Origin: Malacoraja senta
Taxonomy: Eukaryota
DNA: 64,000 nt
Direction: 5' to 3'
Assembly: GCA_038087875.1 (NCBI GenBank)
Contig: CM075992.1
Span: 3,474,001 to 3,538,000 of the forward strand
A model generated the notes under the pieces. That model was not told where the DNA came from and did no database searches. It was given only the letters and a program-made list of their open reading frames with translations. Below, piece by piece: positions 10,342 to 23,690 of this stretch (position 1 is the stretch's first letter; each line of letters opens with the position of its first letter). Position numbers and translations under genes: made by a program.

Positions 10342-13300
10342 CCTACTATGTTCTGTTGTGCTGAAGCAAAGCAAGAATTTCATTGTCCTATCAGGGACAC
10401 ATGACAATAAATAAACTCTCTTGACTTGACTTCAAGGGGTTAATGAAGGGGCCTGCGGAATGAGCTTGGCACCTCTCGAGTTTGCTTTCTTCCAAGTTGC
10501 ACAAGGCCTTGGCATCCATGGGAACCGTGACAGTGTGATTGTGTGAGCATCTGTCACAAGGCAATTAAGGGCTGTGTGTAATGCAGCGAGAGAAAGAGAG
10601 GACAAGGAAACTTGTTTGTCCAAACCCAGGGTCCTGGAAAATGCAGCAGAGCATTGGAGTGGGCTGTGGTGAAGATGTGTGGTGTTCACTAGGGTGATTA
10701 CAGCAACAGGGGATATAGCTCAGTGAATCCATCCAATGCAGGGACTGTGCAATGAGATTTATAGGGAAAGGCTCCTGTTAGATATTATTATATAGTGGTG
10801 CACTGGCCACGGAATAGTGAGGAAAGGATGTGCGGGAAGGAACTGCAGATGCTGGTTTGCACCGAAGATAGACACAAAATGCTGGAGTAACTCAGCGGGA
10901 CAGGCAGCATCTTCCCGGGATGGCGGGACAAGATCCATCTTCCCGGGATGGCGGGACTGTCATATGCTGGGAGAATGGAGAAGCTGGGCTTGTACACTCT
11001 GGAGTTTAGAAGGATGAGAGGTTATCTCATTGAAACATATAAGATTGTTAAGGGCTTGGACAAGCTAGAGGCAGGAAACATGTTCCCGATGTTGGGGGAG
11101 TCCAGAACCAGGCGCCACAGTTTAAGAATAAGTAGTAAGCCATTTAGAACGGAGACGGGGAAACACTTTTTCTCACAGAGATTGGTGAGTCTGTGGAATT
11201 CTCTGCCTCAGGGGTCAGTGGAGGCAGGTTCTCTGGATGCTTTCAAGAGAGAGCTAGATAGGGTTCTTAAAAATAGCGGAGTCAGGGGATATGGGGAGAA
11301 GGGAGGAACGGGGTACTGATTGGGGATGATCAGCCATGATCACATTGAATGGCGGTGCTGGCTCGAAGGGCCAAATGGCCTACTCCTGCACCTATTGTCT
11401 ATTGTCATATAGTGGTGCTCTGGCCACGGAATAGTGAGGAAAGGATGTGCGGGAAGGAACTGCAGATGCTGGTTTACACCGAAGATGGACACAAACTGCT
11501 GGAGTAACTCAGCGGGACAGGCAGCATCTCTGGAGAGAAGGAGTGGGTGGTGTTTCGGGTCGAGGTCGGGTCAGACTGGGGAAAGGGAGTCTAGAGATAT
11601 GGAAGGGTAAGGTGTGAAAACGACAGATCAAAGCAGACAATGTTCAACGAAATGTAGAACGGTTCACTGTTGGTGGAGGGGAAGGTGACAACAAGGCATA
11701 CAAACAGTAATATTTAGTCAGGAGGACAGTGAAACTAGTCGGAGAACCAGGGTGGGGGCGGGACAGAAAGAGAGGGAATGTAAGGGTTACTTGAAATTAG
11801 AGAAATTAATATTCATACCGAGGGGTTTGAGGCCTTTTTGTGGTGTTTTTCACTATCCTGGACCTTCCAAACAACCAATGAAACACCTTTGTGGTCACAG
11901 ATGTGATGTGGGGAACATCGTGGTCTATTTGTGAACAACACGGTCTCATAAGAAAATAATGTGAGAATGACCCCTGAGCTTCTGTAATTAAATACGTCGA
12001 ACGTGGAAAAGTACAGCACGGGAACAGGCCCTTCGGCCCACAATGTCCGTGCCGAGCTACACTAATCTCCTCTGCCTGAACATGACTCAATGTGTAGGAA
12101 TGTGCAGATGCTGGTTTACACCCAAGATAGACACAAAATGCTGGAGTAACTCAGCAGGACAGGCAGCATCTCTGGAGAGAAGGAATGGGTGACGTTTCTT
12201 GAAGGAATTTATTTTGTCCTGAAGGAATTTTGTTGTCATGAAGTATCTTTATCATGCCTAAGTTTTTGAGATTATTATTGGCTGGGCCTGTCTTTATCTG
12301 CCTCTGAAGTCTAATTAGTACTTGGTTGTTTTTTAATCAAGGTTGTAGCTGTTCTGAATTGGTGAGGATATTTCTTGCTTGTTGCAATGTCGAGTGGAAG
12401 GGCAGATGTGATACACATTTTCACTCTAAATGTCTGAAGAAGTGTCTCGACCCGAAACGTCATCCATTCCTTCTCTCCAGAGATGCTGCCTGTCCCGCTG
12501 AGTTACTCCAGCATTTTGTGTCTATCTTCAATGATTCTTTAATATATGTTATGGTCATGTGTACCACATGTGACTTAATTCTTAAGGGGTTGGACAGGCT
12601 AGATGCAAGAAGATTGTTCCCGATGTTGGGGAAGTCCAGAACAAGGGGTCACAGTTTAAGGATAAGGGGGAAGTCTTTTAGGACAGAGATGAGAAAAAAA
12701 AATTCACACAGAGAGTGGTGAATCTGTGGAATTCTCTGCCACAGAAGGTAGTTGAGGCCAGTTCATTGGCTATATTTAAGAGGGAGTTAGATGTGGCCCT
12801 TGTGGCTAAAGGGATCAGGGGGTATGGAGAGAAGGCAGGTACAGGATACTGAGTTGGATGATCAGCCATGATCATATTGAATGGCGGTGCAGGCTCGAAG
12901 GGCCGATTGGCCTACTCCTGCACCTATTTTCTATGTTTCTATGTTTCTATGTTATTAAAGAATTCATCAGCATATATTTTCCACCCAAAGGGTGGTGGGT
13001 GTATGGAACAAGCTGCCAGAGGAGGTATTTGAGGCTGGGACTATCCCAACATTTAAGAAGCAGATAGACAGGTACATGGATAGGACAGGTTTGGAGGAAT
13101 ATGGACCAAGCACAGGCAAGTGGGACTAGTGTAGCTGGGACATGTTGGCCGGTGTGGGCAAGTTGGGCCGAAGGGCCTGTTTCCACACTGTATCACTCTG
13201 ACTCTATATAGACAATAGATAATAGGTGCAGGAGTAGGCCATTTGGCCCTTCGATCACATTGAAATGGCATTCAATGTGATCATGGGTGGTCATCCCCAA

Positions 13301-13789
13301 TCAGTACCCCGTTCCTGCCTTCTCCCCATATCCCTTGACTCCACTATTTTTAAGAACTCTATCTAACTCTCTCTTGAAAGCATCCAGAGAACCGGCCTCC
13401 ACCGACCTCTGAGGCAGAGAATTCCACAGACTCACAACTCTCTGTGTGAAAAAGTGTTTCCTCATCTCCATTCTAAATGGCTCATCCCTTATTCGTAAAC
13501 TGTGGCCCCTGGTTCTGGACTCCCTCAACATCGGGAACATCCCCAACTTTGGGTTACATGGCAGAGAAATGGCAGATGGAGTTTAGTCCAGACTTGTGTG
13601 AGGTGATTGGGAGGTCAAATGTAAAAGGAAAATTTGCAGAAAACGGCAGGATCCTGTAGCATTGATGATTAGAGGGATGATAGGGTTCGTCCATAGCATT
13701 CTGAAAGTGGCAATGCCGGTAGATGGCACACAGCAAGCTTGCCTTCACCAGAGTATAAAAATCAGAAAAAAAACTGATGAAAACTAGCA

Positions 13790-16168
13790 TACATACATTA
13801 CTGCTCTCTCAATGTCAGGCACTCCCTGATATAATTTAAAATACTGCATAGACTTTACTATCCAAAGATGTTGAATAAGATCTTCCCAACCGTCTCCCCT
13901 ATTTGTGATAAATGCCACCTCCAAGAAGCGACTTTAACCCATTCTTTTGCTTCCTGTATAAAGACACAAAACCTCTGGAGGGGAATATTTGATATCTTCT
14001 CTAAAATAATTAAAATCAAACTGGAACCAGATACAAAACTGATCACATTAGGTATGTCAGAGGCCTGTTCTAAGCTAACAATATTTCAAAGACGTTTCCT
14101 TCACTATGGCCTAATAACTGCGAAAAAAAACTCATACTCAAATTCTGGAAAAAGACAACAGTTCCCACAGTGAAGATGTGGATTACAGATATGTCCGAGA
14201 CACTACATTTAGAAAACATTAGGCTTGTTTTTGGCTGAAAAAGCAGATCAATTTCTCAAAACATGATCGCCTTTCATTGAATTTCTGCAACAACAGAATG
14301 GTTAAAAACAAATTTAAAACCGATGCTAGAAACTGGAAAATTACTTTCATTTCAACAATTACAAATAAAATATAAACTCGGAAATAATCAATATTTTAAA
14401 TATTTTCAAATATGCGACTATTTGAAAAAATATACAAAAGATCATTATAATAATCCAGTAGATGTATTGGACGAGGCAATGCAGATAAAAGCGGAATCAG
14501 CAAACTTAATATCATATTTGTATAATATTATTTTAAATGTACAAATACCACCTACGGAGGGTATCAGAAGAGACTGGGAACAAGAGTTAGCTATTAAAAT
14601 TTCAAAGGAAAGTTGGAATGAATACTTATTAAACGTGCATAAATGCTCGATTAATGTAAGACACACTTTAATACAATTTAAAATTTTACATAGATTATAT
14701 TATTCGAAAACTAAAATTCATAAAATTTTCCCAAACGTATCATCTATTTGTGATAAATGTCAATCCCAAGAAGCAACTATAGCGCACTCATTTGTCTTCT
14801 GTACAAAAATTCAAAAATTTTGGAATGACATTTTTGAAATCTTTACAAAGTTATTTAAAACAAGACTGATACCCAAAGCAGAATGGATTATCTTCGGAAT
14901 AACGGAAGATGATCCAGAACTAAATGTGTTTCAAAAGAAATTAATGGACTATGGGTTAATAACTGGAAAAAAGCTAATTCTAAAATTTTGGAAGAAGGCT
15001 CCAATACCAACTATAAATATGTGGATTTCAAATATGTTTGAAACATTACACCTAGAAGAGATAAGACTCCTCCTAGCAGGTAAACCAGATCACTTCCACC
15101 TGACGTGGTCTGCATTTATAGAATTATTACAAACATAGGGTGCAAAAGTACTTTAAAAAAATAAAAAATTGAGGTCAGGTAAGGGGGGATGATAGTTGAA
15201 GAGTTGGTATGTCCTATTTACGTGATGCTCAAAAAAAAACATTTGTTTCTTTTTTTTTTCTCTTTCTCTTTTCTTTTCTTAGGGCCTATTTCTTAACTCT
15301 TTTTCTTTTTGTTTTTAATTTCGCTCTTATAGGGTCTTCGTCCTTTTTTGTTGTTACATTTTCTACACTTTTCTACACTTGCACTTTTTCCTTCACTTTC
15401 TTCTTTCTTTCAATCTTTTCCTTTTCTAGTGTAAAAAAATAAATAAAGGGAGTACATTAATTGTAAGAAGATATAAATGACGAGTATTAATGTATGTGGT
15501 TGTAATGTAATGTACTTCTAATAAATAAAAATTAAAAAAAAAAAAAAAAAACGATGCTAGGGATGGGTGAGGGGGGGGGGGGGGTTATATCTCCATCCTC
15601 CTTTTTCTTATTTCTCTTCTTTCCTCTTGCACTTCTTTGGTCGTTGTTCCACAGGGGTCACAGTTTAAGGATAAAGGGGAAATCTTTTAGGACTGAGATG
15701 AGAAAAACATTTTTCACACAGAGAGTGGTGAATCTGTGGAACTCTCTGCCACAGAGGGTAGTTGAGGCCAGTTCATTGGCTATATTTAAGAGGGAGTTAG
15801 ATGTGGCCCTTGTGGCTAAAGGGATCAGGGGGTATGGAGAGAAGGCAGGTACGGGATACTGAGTTGGATGATCAGCCATGATCATATTTAATGGCGGTGC
15901 AGGCTCGAAGGGCCGAATGGCCTACTCCTGCACCTATTTTCTATGTTTCTATGTTTCTATGTTTAGGGGTCTTTTCCTTTCTTTCTTTTATTTTACTTAT
16001 TTTTCTTCATTCTCTCCTTTTTTCTCTTTTTTTCTCTTTTTTTAAATTTAGGTTTCAATGTTAAAAATGAAGCTGTACAATAATTGTATAACGGTCATGT
16101 CGATCGCCTTATTCCTGTACAATTGCTTCTAATAATATTAATTCCAAAAAAAAAACAACAAAAAAAAA
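13790..16168 (+). mobile_element. Older L1-clade LINE 3' fragment (ORF2 C-terminus 13790-14300, 3' UTR resuming at 15561), interrupted by a younger L1 and a CR1
   Basis: CCHC-type region ICDKCHLQEATLTHSFASC with frameshifts and stops; A-rich tail near 16147-16168. The same UTR is present at 38594-38870. Confidence 0.8.
14330..15551 (+). mobile_element. Young 5'-truncated L1-clade LINE (intact ORF2 C-terminus of about 270 aa, 3' UTR, poly-A)
   Basis: QFKILHRLYY..ICDKCQSQEATIAHSFVFC..FW; aataaa followed by an A-run; TSD cgatgctag (14321-14329 / 15552-15560). Confidence 0.9.
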
Positions 16169-17279
16169 CTAGCATCTGCAGTTCCTTGTTTCCATTCTAT
16201 TAAAAATCAGGATGTTGTGTTGCAACTTTGTACATCTGTGGTCGGACCGCATTTGGAGTATTGCGTGCAATCCCGGTCACCACACTCCCGGAAGGATGTG
16301 GACATTTTGAAGAGGATGCATAAAAGGTTTGCCAGGACGTTGCCAAATTTAACAGGTTTTAGCTATATGTTGGACAAACTTGTGTTGTTTTCTCCAGAGC
16401 ATCAGAGGTGTAGGGGTGATCTGATGAAAGGACATAAATGCTGCAAATGAGATAATAGACAATCGGCAACAGGTGCAGGAGCAGGCCATTTGGCCCTTCG
16501 AGCCAGCACCGCCATTCAATGTGATCATGGCTGATCATCCCCAATCAGTACCCCGTTCCTGCCTTCTCCCCATATCCCCTGACTCCGCTATCTTTAAGAG
16601 CCCTATCTAGCTCTCTCTTGAAAGCATCCAGAGAACCTGCCTCCACCGCCCTCTGAGGCAGAGAATTCCACAGACTCACCACTCCCCTGTGAGAAAAAGT
16701 GTTTCCTCGTCTCCGTTCTAAATGGCTTACTCCTTATTCTTAAACTGTGTGGCCCATTCTGCACTCTGGATAGACACAAAAAAGCTGGAGCAACTCAGGA
16801 GGGTCTGACAGCATCTCTGGAGAAAAGGAATTAGTGACGTTTCGGGTTGAAGAGGCAGATGCGATAGTGGTGTTTAAGATGCTTTTAAAGAGGCACATGG
16901 ACATGCAGGGAATGGAGGGATATGGATCCTGTGTACGCAGAGGAGATTAGTTTAACTTGGCATCATGCTCAGTACAGACATTGTGGGCCGAAGGGCCTGT
17001 TCCTGTGATGTATTGTTCTATGTTCATCTGTAATCTTCTCTCTCTCTCTCACATGCACTTACAATCCCATTGATATTTGGTACCACCATCTCCACTCAAG
17101 GTTATTTACAGCAGCCAATTAACCTATTGTGACATTTCATGATAAATATTCTGTTCCATTCTATGAGATCACCTCTTATCATTTTAATTCTCATGAGAGC
17201 ACAGGCCCAGTCTACTCATCTCATACGTCAACTCCCATCGAAGAAATCAATGTGGTGAACCTTTGATTCACTCCCTCTA

Positions 17280-18022
17280 TAGACAATAGACAATAGGTGC
17301 AGGAGTAGGCCATTCGGCCCTTCGAGCCAGCACCGCCAATGTGATCATGGCTGATCATCCACAATCAGTACCCCGTTCCTGCCTTCTCCCCATATCCCCT
17401 GACTCCGCTATCTTTAAGAGCCCTATCTAGCTCTCTCTTGAAGGCATCCAGAGAACCGCCCTCCACAACCCTCTGAGGCAGAGAATTCCACAGACTCACA
17501 TCTCTCTGTGAGAAAAAGTGTTTCCTCGTCTCCGTTCTAAATGGCTTACCCCTTATTCTTAAACTGTGTGTGGCCCCTGGTTCTGGACTCCCCCAACATC
17601 GGGAACATGTTTCCTGCCTGTAGCGTGTCCAAACCCTTAACAATCTTATATTTTTAATATGATAACCTCTCATCCTTCTAAACTCCAGAGTATACAAGCC
17701 CAGCCGCTCCAATCTCTCAGCATATGACAGTCCCGCCATCCCGGGAATTAACCTTGTAAACCTACACTGCACTCCCTCAATAGCAAGAATGTCCTTCCTC
17801 AAATTAGGGGACCAAAACGGCACACAATACTCCAGGTGTGGTCTCACTAGGGCCCTGTACAACTGCAGAAGGACCTCTTTGCTCCTATACTTGACTCCTC
17901 TTGTTATAAAGGCCAACATGCCAATCGCTTTCTTCACTGCCTGCTGTACCTGCATGTTTACTTTCATAGACTGATGAACAAGGACCCCCAGATCCTGTTG
18001 TACTTCCCCTTTTCCCAACTTA
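17280..18022 (-). mobile_element. HER1/CR1 LINE 3' fragment (longest in the window)
   Basis: DLGVLVH..LYRALVRPHLEYCV.FWSP..RTRGH..WNSLP. Confidence 0.92.
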
Positions 18023-20334
18023 GATATTGGAAACATCCTTCCTCAGATAAACTAAAACTGAAACTTGTAGGTTAATTGGCTTGGTGTGTGTGTACGTTGT
18101 CCCTAGTGTGTGTAGGTTAGTGTTAATGTGTGGGGATCGCTGGTCGTTGTGGACTCGGTGGGCCGAAGGGCCTGTTTCCACGCTGTATCTCTCAACTAAA
18201 CTAAAGACAGGAGACCAGAAATCTAGGGATCAAGAACAAGAGGACAGATGTTTAAATATGTTTAGAGCAGAAATATATAATACGAAACCAAGGGGCAATC
18301 TTTCACTCAGAGGGTGGTGGGCACGCGGAACGAGTTGCGTAATAAGGAACTGCAGATGCTGGTTTACCAAGGAAAGACACAAGATGGTGGAGTAACTCAG
18401 TGGGTCAGGTAGTATCTCTGGAGAACGTGGATCAGTGATGTTTTGGGTCAGGACATTTTTCCCTGTTTGTGGAAGGACCCCGACCACAAACGTCACCCAT
18501 CCATGTTCTCCAGAGATGCTGCCTGACCTACTGAGTTACTCCAGCACTTTGTGTGTTTGCTAAAAGAGGTAGTTGAGGCAAAAAGTATAACAGCATTTAA
18601 AAGTCGTTTGGACAGGTACACGGATAGGAAAGGTTTAGAGGGATATGGGCCAAACGCAGGCAAGTAAGACTAGCTTAGATGAGGCATCTTATGAGTTGGA
18701 CTGAAGGCTTGTTTCCATGCTGTGTGTGACTGTGACTCTATAATGCAAAATCATAAAGGTTTTGGAAGTGTGAGTTAATACAAGTTAATACTAATTGTTG
18801 CCAATGGTAACCAATAGTACACAATATAAGATAAATTGCAAAAGAACCTGGGTAAAAAAGATATAGGTGCCTTCTCTTTCATGCAATGAGTTGTTGAAAA
18901 TTTGGAGGAAACTGATTAAAGTCATAGAGTGATACAGTGTGGAAACAGGCCCTTCGGCCCAACTCACCCACACCGGCCAACATGCCCCAGCTACACCAGT
19001 CCCACTTGCCTGCGCTTGGTCCATATCCCTCCAAACCTGTCCTGTCCATGTACCTGTCTAACTGTTTCTTCAACGTTGGGATAGTCCCAGCCTCATCCAC
19101 CTCCTCTGGCAGCTTGTTCCATACACCCACCACCCTTTGTGTGAAAAGGTTACCCCTCAGATTCCTATTAAATCTTTTCCCCTTCACCTTGAACCTATGT
19201 CCTCTGGTCCTCGATTCCTCTACTCTGGCCAAGAGATTCTACCCATCTACTCAATCTATTCCTCTCATATTGAAACATTTTCAAGAGGAACTTTCGAAAA
19301 GGATTTGGGTGCATACATGAGGGGGGAGCCTTTAGAGAGCTACGGAGAAAGTGTATGGTCGTGCCTGTTGCCCTGTTGAGTTTTGCTGTCTATATACCTC
19401 ATTATCATCTACCCCACAGCCAAGAATGAACCATTGTTGGCTCCATCTTTCCTTGATCATCATTGCTTTTTTTGCATATCTTTCATTCATTTGTCCTGTG
19501 TCTATATCTCTCGGTTCCCGTTCCCCTGAACTACTTGAAGAAGGGTCTTGACTATCTGCTCTATCCATGCCTCTCATAATTATATTTATAATTTGGAGGA
19601 AACTGATTAGAGTCATAGAGTGATACAGTGTAACAGGCCCTTCGGCCCAACTCGCCCACACCAGCCAACATGTCCCAGCTACACTAGTCCCACTTGCCTC
19701 TGTTTCGTCCCATATTCCTCCAAACTGATAAATATCAGTAGAGACTTATCATCACATGTACCGAGGTACAGTGAAAAGCATTTGTTCGCTTGCCACCCAA
19801 ATTAAATGAGACCAAACTGTGTATGAGTGCGATCAAGTCACATACAGGTAGTGCAGAGAGAACAATATCAGATGACTGTCTGAAGAAGGGTTTCGGCCCG
19901 AAACGTTGCCTATTTCCTTCGCTCCATAGATGCTGCTGCACCCGCTGAGTTTCTCCAGCACTTTTGTCTACCTTCGATTTTCCAGCATCTACAGTTCCTT
20001 CTTAAACACAATATCAGAGTGCAGAATGTGTAGGAAGGAACTGCAGGTGCTGGTTTAAACGAAAGATAGACACAAAATGCTAGAGTAACTCAGGCAGCAT
20101 CTCTGGAGAAAAAAGCTGGAGGTCACCTATTTCTTTTCCCCGGTGATGCTGCCGGACCCGCTGAGTTACTCCAGCTTTTTTTGTGTCTATCTACAGTGAT
20201 ATGGTTGAGGCAGACTAGTATATGTACCTAATTATGGCACAACGGATACTCTGACTCGATACTCTGCTATACGATGCGATAGAATTTTTCTCAATTTCCC
20301 TCCTGGGATGAATAAAGTTTTATCGTATCATATC

Positions 20335-20852
20335 TCTCGAACTTCTACAGGTGCCCAGTAGAGAGCATCCTGACCGGCTGCATCGTGGCCTGGTTCGGCA
20401 ACTTGAACGTCCAGGAGCGGAAAGGAATGCAGAGAGTTGTGACCACTGCCCAGTCCATGATCGGCTCTGACCTCCCCACCATCGAGGGGATCTATCGCAG
20501 TCACTGCCTCAAAAAGGCTGCCAGCATCATCAAGGACCCTCACCATCCTGTCCACACACTCATCTCTCCGTTGCCTTTGGGAAGAAGGTACAGGAGCTTG
20601 AAATCTGTAACATCAGGAACAGCTGCTTCCGCATAGCCATCAGACTATTAAACACGACATCAAACAAACTCTGAACAATAAGTCTATTATTGCTATTGCA
20701 CTATCTGTTTATTTATTGTGTATATATGGTCTATGGTCTATAGACACACTGAACTTTTATCTTCCGTTCTGTATTATGTTTCCATATTCTGTCGTGCTGC
20801 AGCAAGCAAGAATTTCATTGTCCTATCTGGGACACATGACAATAAAACTCTC
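20335..20852 (+). mobile_element. Rex1/Babar-like LINE 3' fragment
   Basis: NFYRCPVESILTGCIVAWFGN..QRVV..IIKDPHHPVH..LPLGRRYRS, plus the 3' tail acacatgacaataaa. Confidence 0.85.
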
Positions 20853-22099
20853 TAGACTGTTGACTCTTGTCTCTTGAGCTGAGTGTCGAGGCAGCAGGAT
20901 TTCATCTTCCTCTTGATGGTCTGGCTGTGCTGCAGTTTGAGAGCTTTGTCAGCAGGGGTCACTATGTCGTGGTCCATGGAGTTCAACTGGGGCACTCGGG
21001 TGTGCTGGTGAGTATTGGAACCATATACGTAATCCAAGTAGGAGATAATCCTCTCGTACTCATGGGGACGCAAGAAACTGCAGGTGCTGAAATCGTGAAC
21101 AAAACACAAAGTGCCGGAGGAACGCGATGGGTCAGGCAGCATCAGTGGAGGGAGGTACAATGAACTGCAGATGCTGATTCACACCAAAACAAATCACAGA
21201 GTGCTGGAGTAACTCAGAGGGTCAGGCAGCAACTCTGGAGAACATGGATAGGTGACGTTTTGGGATTGGACCGTTCTTTAGTCTGAAAAAGGGTTGCAAC
21301 CAGAAATGTGGTCAGTCCATTCCCTCCCAAGTTATTGCCTGCCCTGCTGAGTTACTCCAGCACTCTGTGTTTTTCCTCAGTATTTATGGTCTGTGTATGC
21401 GAGGAAGGCGCAGTGGTAGAGTTGCTGCCTCACAGCGCCAGAGACCCGGGTTCCATCCCGACTACGGGTGCTGTCTGTACGGAGTTTGTACCTTCTCCCC
21501 GTGACCTGCGTGGGTTTTCTCCGGGTGCTCTGGTTCCCTCCCACACTCCAATGACGTGCGGGTTTGTAGGTTAATTGACTTCGGTAAAATTGTAAATTGT
21601 TAAATTAAAATTGTAAACCGTAAATAGCAAAATTGTAAACTGTGAATTAAAATTGTAAGTTGTAATAGGATAGTGCTGGTGTGCAGGGGATCGCTGGTCG
21701 GCTTGGACTCGGTGGGCCGAAGGGCCATTTTATGCGCTGTATCTCTAAACTAAACTAAACTAAAGTTGGTCGTGAGTTGCTTGCCTGAATTGCTGACTCT
21801 GGTGAAGGTATATATTAAATATATTGCTATATTTAAGAGGGAGTTAGATGTGGCCCTTGTGGCTAAAGGGATCAGGGGGTATGGAGAGAAGGCAGGTACA
21901 GGATACTGATTTGGATGATCAGCCGTGATCATATTGAATGGCGGTGCAGGCTCGAAGGGCCGAATGGCCTACTCCTGCACCTATTGTCTATGTTTCTATG
22001 TTTCTAAGGTGTTCCGACTGTGCTATTGTGTTTAGGAAGTTCTGAGATTTTGAGCGAATTAATTTGAAGGTAGTCAGATATAGTCCCATGGTGGGGGTG

Positions 22100-22534
22100 C
22101 GTTCTGAAGGGGCTGCTACTGAAGTTTTGGCTCCACTTTAGTCCAACGCTCCCGATTTTTGGGAACAGAGGGGGGAGGGTCGGGAGGGAGGAGGGGGTCT
22201 GCTCCTGGGCCTGGCTAAGATGGCCATTGGCGGGTCCAGGCAGCGGGCAGTCGATGGCCGCACAGGGGTCGTCTACCTGCCCCTTTTCCGGGGTTACGTC
22301 CGTGCCCGCGTGTCCCTGGAGAGGGAACACGCGGTGTCCACGGGACTCTGTAGGCCTTCCACGAACGCTGATCGCCGCGGCAGGTCGATTGTATTACAGA
22401 CAAGGATGGCGGGATTTTAATTTGAATTGTTGTCTTCTTTGTAAACCGCCGATACAGGCAGCGTTTGATATGAACGCTATACTACTTTGTATGTTGATTT
22501 TGGTTTTTGGAATAAAATATTTGTAAAAAAAAAA
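22100..22534 (+). mobile_element. Tx1-clade LINE 3' fragment
   Basis: LKGLLLKFWLHFSPTL..GLAKMAI..LPLFRGYVRARVSLEREHAVSTG; aataaa plus poly-A; 12-bp TSD atggtgggggtg (22088-22099 / 22535-22546). Confidence 0.8.
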
Positions 22535-23039
22535 ATGGTGGGGGTGTGATGCTGAGTGGAATTAGAAAACAATATTGAACCCGTACAATAATTGATTGGT
22601 TGGAAGATACAGCATGGAAACAGGCCCTTCAGCCCACCGAGTCCATGCTGATCATCAAGCACACTTCAAGTGTTCAAGTGTTCAAGTGAGTTTATTGTCA
22701 TGTGTCCCTGATAGGACAATGAAATTCTTGCTTTGCTTCAGCACAACAGAACATAGTAGGCATTGACTACAAAACAGATCAGTGTGTCCATATACCATTC
22801 TATAAATATATACACACATGAATAAATAAACTGATAAAGTGCAAATAACAGATAATGGGCTATTAATGTTCATAGTTTTGTCCGAGCCAAGTTTAATAGC
22901 CTGATGGCTGTGGGGAAGTAGCTATTCCTGAACCTGGCCTAACTTGTTCTATGTTAGCCCACTTTCTCACCCACCACTTGGGGTAATTTACAGAGGCTAC
23001 AATCCCTATCTTTGGGAAGCGAGAGGAAACCAAAGCACC

Positions 23040-23267
23040 TTCTTCTTCTTGCGTTTGAGGCAGCAGAAGTCTGCAGCAGGGTGATGCCATCCGGTTCGAC
23101 ATCCGTAGGTGCCCGCCCTAAAGTGGGCGCATGCTCCGGCTTGGCGGCAAGCAGCGGCGCTGCTGCTGTCTCTGTCTGTTGTCGTTGGCCTGACTGAGGT
23201 CAGATGACGGGGCTCTCGCCACGGGGAGGTCGACAACATGAGCCGGAAAGCACCTGAAGTGAACCCG
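23040..23267 (-). mobile_element. Ribozyme-headed short retroposon, family C
   Basis: Tail caaacgc(aag)n. HDV-like fold at 23267-23177: P2 UGUUGUCG/CGACAACA, L3 UCCCCGU, P1 GGGUUC/GAGCCC, P4 CUGAC/GUCAG, J4/2 GCCAA. P3 is imperfect and no clear TSD is seen. Confidence 0.6.
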
Positions 23268-23328
23268 TGGAAGTAATCAGCATTGAAACTGACCCTTCGG
23301 CCCACCGAGTCCAAGTTGACCATCGATC

Positions 23329-23690
23329 ATGGGCTGACGTGTAGTACGCAACGGAGCGGAACGTGGGCCTTTTTTTTCATCCATTTCAGTAACCCGACCC
23401 GATCCGACCCGACTCGCAGTGTAATCAACGTTGCGGGGGAACAGTTTGTGTTAATAAATTATAATTCTGAAAATGAGAAGATTTTTACCAAAGAACTTTT
23501 ATTTTTACGAGGATGTTTCCGTAACCGGCTTCCGTCTCCGCACTAGTTATCTTTGCTCCGCTGTGGGATCTTTGGTGCGGAGACGGAAGCCGGTTACGGA
23601 AATGGGGCCGAAAATTACCCATGGATCTGCCCATGACCGTACTACGTCTTTTTCATCGAGTGGACTATCTTGCTCGCTATAGGGTCTTTG
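23329..23690 (-). mobile_element. hAT-type MITE, truncated copy
   Basis: Reverse complement of 24188-24553. Confidence 0.8.

Noticed and set aside
14323..15138. 271-aa ORF as a host gene
   Set aside because: It is an L1 ORF2 C-terminus, and its start codon lies in the TSD.
20860..21070. Possible RT-like fragment (IISYLDY) or exon
   Set aside because: Lacks an intact YxDD motif; similarity too weak.
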